A stretch of DNA of 64,000 nucleotides from Trichosphaerium sp. ATCC 40318 (taxonomy: Eukaryota; Protista; Tubulinea): NCBI GenBank assembly GCA_038496445.1, contig JALMLS010000322.1:868001-932000 (forward strand), written 5' to 3'. The translations under genes and the position numbers were made by a program. Shown here in pieces: positions 63,560 to 64,000 of the stretch; within the stretch, counting starts at the first letter, position 1, and each line of letters opens with the position of its first letter. The notes below the pieces were generated by a model. The model was not told where the DNA came from, ran no database searches, and worked only from the letters and a program-made list of their open reading frames with translations.

Positions 63560-64000
63560 ATGAATTTCTATGGTTTATCAATTGAGCAGGCACTCGCATA
63601 CTATCGTGATAACCACAATGAATCGTTATGTAAAATTAAAGGAGCTCAACACGAATCGTTCTTTAAACAGGTAGAAAGTATCTTGAGTGCATCAAATGCT
63701 AGTCTTGTAAACCAACTCAAACAGCTTCTATTCAAACATACGAACGTCAAAAGCCTTGATAATACCAATCACGCCATCAACGATAACAGTAGTCCGGACG
63801 GAGTGCATTCCGAGGACGCTACAGCATCTAAACATAAGAAAACTAAAAAGTACGTTTTATTCAATGAACATTGCTTTGTCACTTACAATGAATGCCCGCA
63901 GTTCGCACGTGACCAAAGAACTGAATATTCTTGATTTCCCACCAGAGGTTATTGCGAATATTCTTCATCATACAGAAGCCAAGGATAGATTCCCTGTTGC
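63560..64000 (+). CDS. F-box (+LRR expected) paralog of the 40878 gene, running off the window end
   Basis: Exon 1 MNFYGLSIEQAL resembles 40878 exon 1; same phase-2 intron; F-box ILDFPPEVIANIL. Confidence 0.85.

Noticed and set aside
1-64000. Integrated giant-virus segment, CRISPR array or rRNA genes
   Set aside because: No viral hallmark genes, repeat-spacer arrays or rRNA motifs; the virus-like genes are interspersed with intron-rich host genes

Overview
AT-rich (roughly 35% GC by eye), gene-dense genomic DNA from a microbial eukaryote, probably an amoebozoan-like protist (inferred from gene content, not proven). Most genes are split by many short GT-AG introns (about 40-150 nt, donors often GTACGT/GTAAGT), so the ORF track fragments them; the standard code fits. 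Recognisable genes: LRR plus dual-specificity phosphatase, PH, ankyrin plus degenerate ART/PARP-like, mitochondrial carrier, BTB-SPRY, alpha-carbonic anhydrase, DENN, C2, ferritin, prolyl 4-hydroxylase and a Giardia-type ornithine carbamoyltransferase. Interspersed are: an expanded F-box family with intron-free, hypervariable 21-22-aa LRR arrays (5 full copies, 1 partial, 2 relics); a pair of ~70-aa Trp-rich repeat proteins, one fused to a PD-(D/E)XK/Vsr-like nuclease and one stopping just before it; an F-box-like MORN protein with a CaaX box; several direct and inverted duplications; a 365-bp hAT-like MITE; and roughly tenfold enrichment of CACGTG. All exon models were assembled by eye, and several start coordinates are approximate.
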